A DNA stretch of 25,434 nt from a virus (Duplodnaviria > Caudoviricetes), in the IMG/VR virus record IMGVR_UViG_3300043772_002964, positions 1 to 25,434 of that record, one strand, 5' to 3'. Both the position numbers and the translations under genes were made by a program. The notes beneath the pieces are model-generated. The model saw only the letters and a program-made list of their open reading frames with translations, did not search any database and had not been told where the DNA came from. Positions 24,883-25,434 of this stretch are shown in pieces (position 1 is the stretch's first letter; each line of letters opens with the position of its first letter).

Positions 24883-24914
24883 CAAAGGTATTAATTTAAT
24901 CAATAACTCACAAA
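24883..24914 (-). promoter_or_regulatory. Bacteroidota-type promoter, probably giving a leaderless mRNA
   Basis: Minus strand TTTG, 20-nt spacer, TACCTTTG, then TACT and ATG. Confidence 0.75.
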
Positions 24915-24964
24915 TAAATTTTTATTGGTGTTGATTAATACTAGAAAAAATGATATTTATAGGT

Positions 24965-25434
24965 ATGAAACGCCTAATTCTAATACTTATACTATTTACT
25001 TTTGGATTTTCCTGTTTAGGGCAACAAGGTCAAATGTTGGATATCGATATGATGTCTAATGGACCTATGACCTCGATGTGTGATTCATCTATAGGTCCGA
25101 TTTATCAGTCAACTACTCCCCTACCTAGTTACGGATATTTGGAATCTAATGGGTATTGTTATTTTCTAAATCAACCACAAGTTACATTCACACTTTGTTT
25201 TCACTTCATCGCAATATCTGAAGGTGTTTATTTAAATTCAGGTTTTACCGCCTTGGGATGTTCTAATGTGACGTTCAATATGTTACAATTATGTGATAAA
25301 ACAGATGGAGTAATCGTAGGTGAAGGTCAGTTTTTTGGAACTCTAACCATAGGACATGAATATGTATGGTGTGTCACAGGAACCGCAACAGGTTTGTTTT
25401 GTCAAGGTTTAACGACCATATGTCCGTATTGGGC
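24965..25434 (+). CDS. Secreted cysteine-rich protein, truncated by the window end
   Basis: MKRLILILILFTFGFSCLG-QQ signal peptide; frame open to the end; ATATTTAT at 24953-24960. Confidence 0.8.
   Translation, partial: MKRLILILILFTFGFSCLGQQGQMLDIDMMSNGPMTSMCDSSIGPIYQSTTPLPSYGYLESNGYCYFLNQPQVTFTLCFHFIAISEGVYLNSGFTALGCSNVTFNMLQLCDKTDGVIVGEGQFFGTLTIGHEYVWCVTGTATGLFCQGLTTICPYW

Noticed and set aside
1-25434. Alternative genetic code (TAG or TGA recoding)
   Set aside because: Recognisable genes are intact in code 11; TAG and TGA act as stops at tight gene junctions

Overview
AT-rich, gene-dense fragment that looks like part of a large (probably jumbo) tailed phage. A Bacteroidota host is inferred from six TTG/TTTG-N20-TAnnTTTG promoters. 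Left part (about 1.2-13.4 kb, all + strand): an early-type accessory region under host-type promoters. It holds small membrane ORFs, a candidate structured RNA, two tRNA-like elements with shared ends but no anticodon arm, four families of mosaic paralogs (near-identical blocks around unrelated middles), a recombination-scar mini-ORF, a pair of Gre-like mini-proteins and a LemA-TPM operon. Right part (13.4-25.4 kb, mixed strands): most transcription units are preceded by an ATATTTAT motif and several proteins carry an N-terminal (I/L)-x-E motif. It includes a PG-binding/GH19 endolysin divergent from a three-gene signalling cassette (TM-GAF-PAS histidine kinase, stand-alone receiver, coiled-coil membrane protein), a PcfJ-like protein, an HExxH protein, an FKBP PPIase, an annexin-like/GH24 lysozyme fusion, a DenV-like glycosylase and a truncated secreted Cys-rich protein. 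Best candidates for undescribed biology are the anticodon-less tRNA shells with variable interiors and the phage-borne two-component cassette next to the endolysin. All calls come from motif recognition by eye; no searches or folding programs were run.
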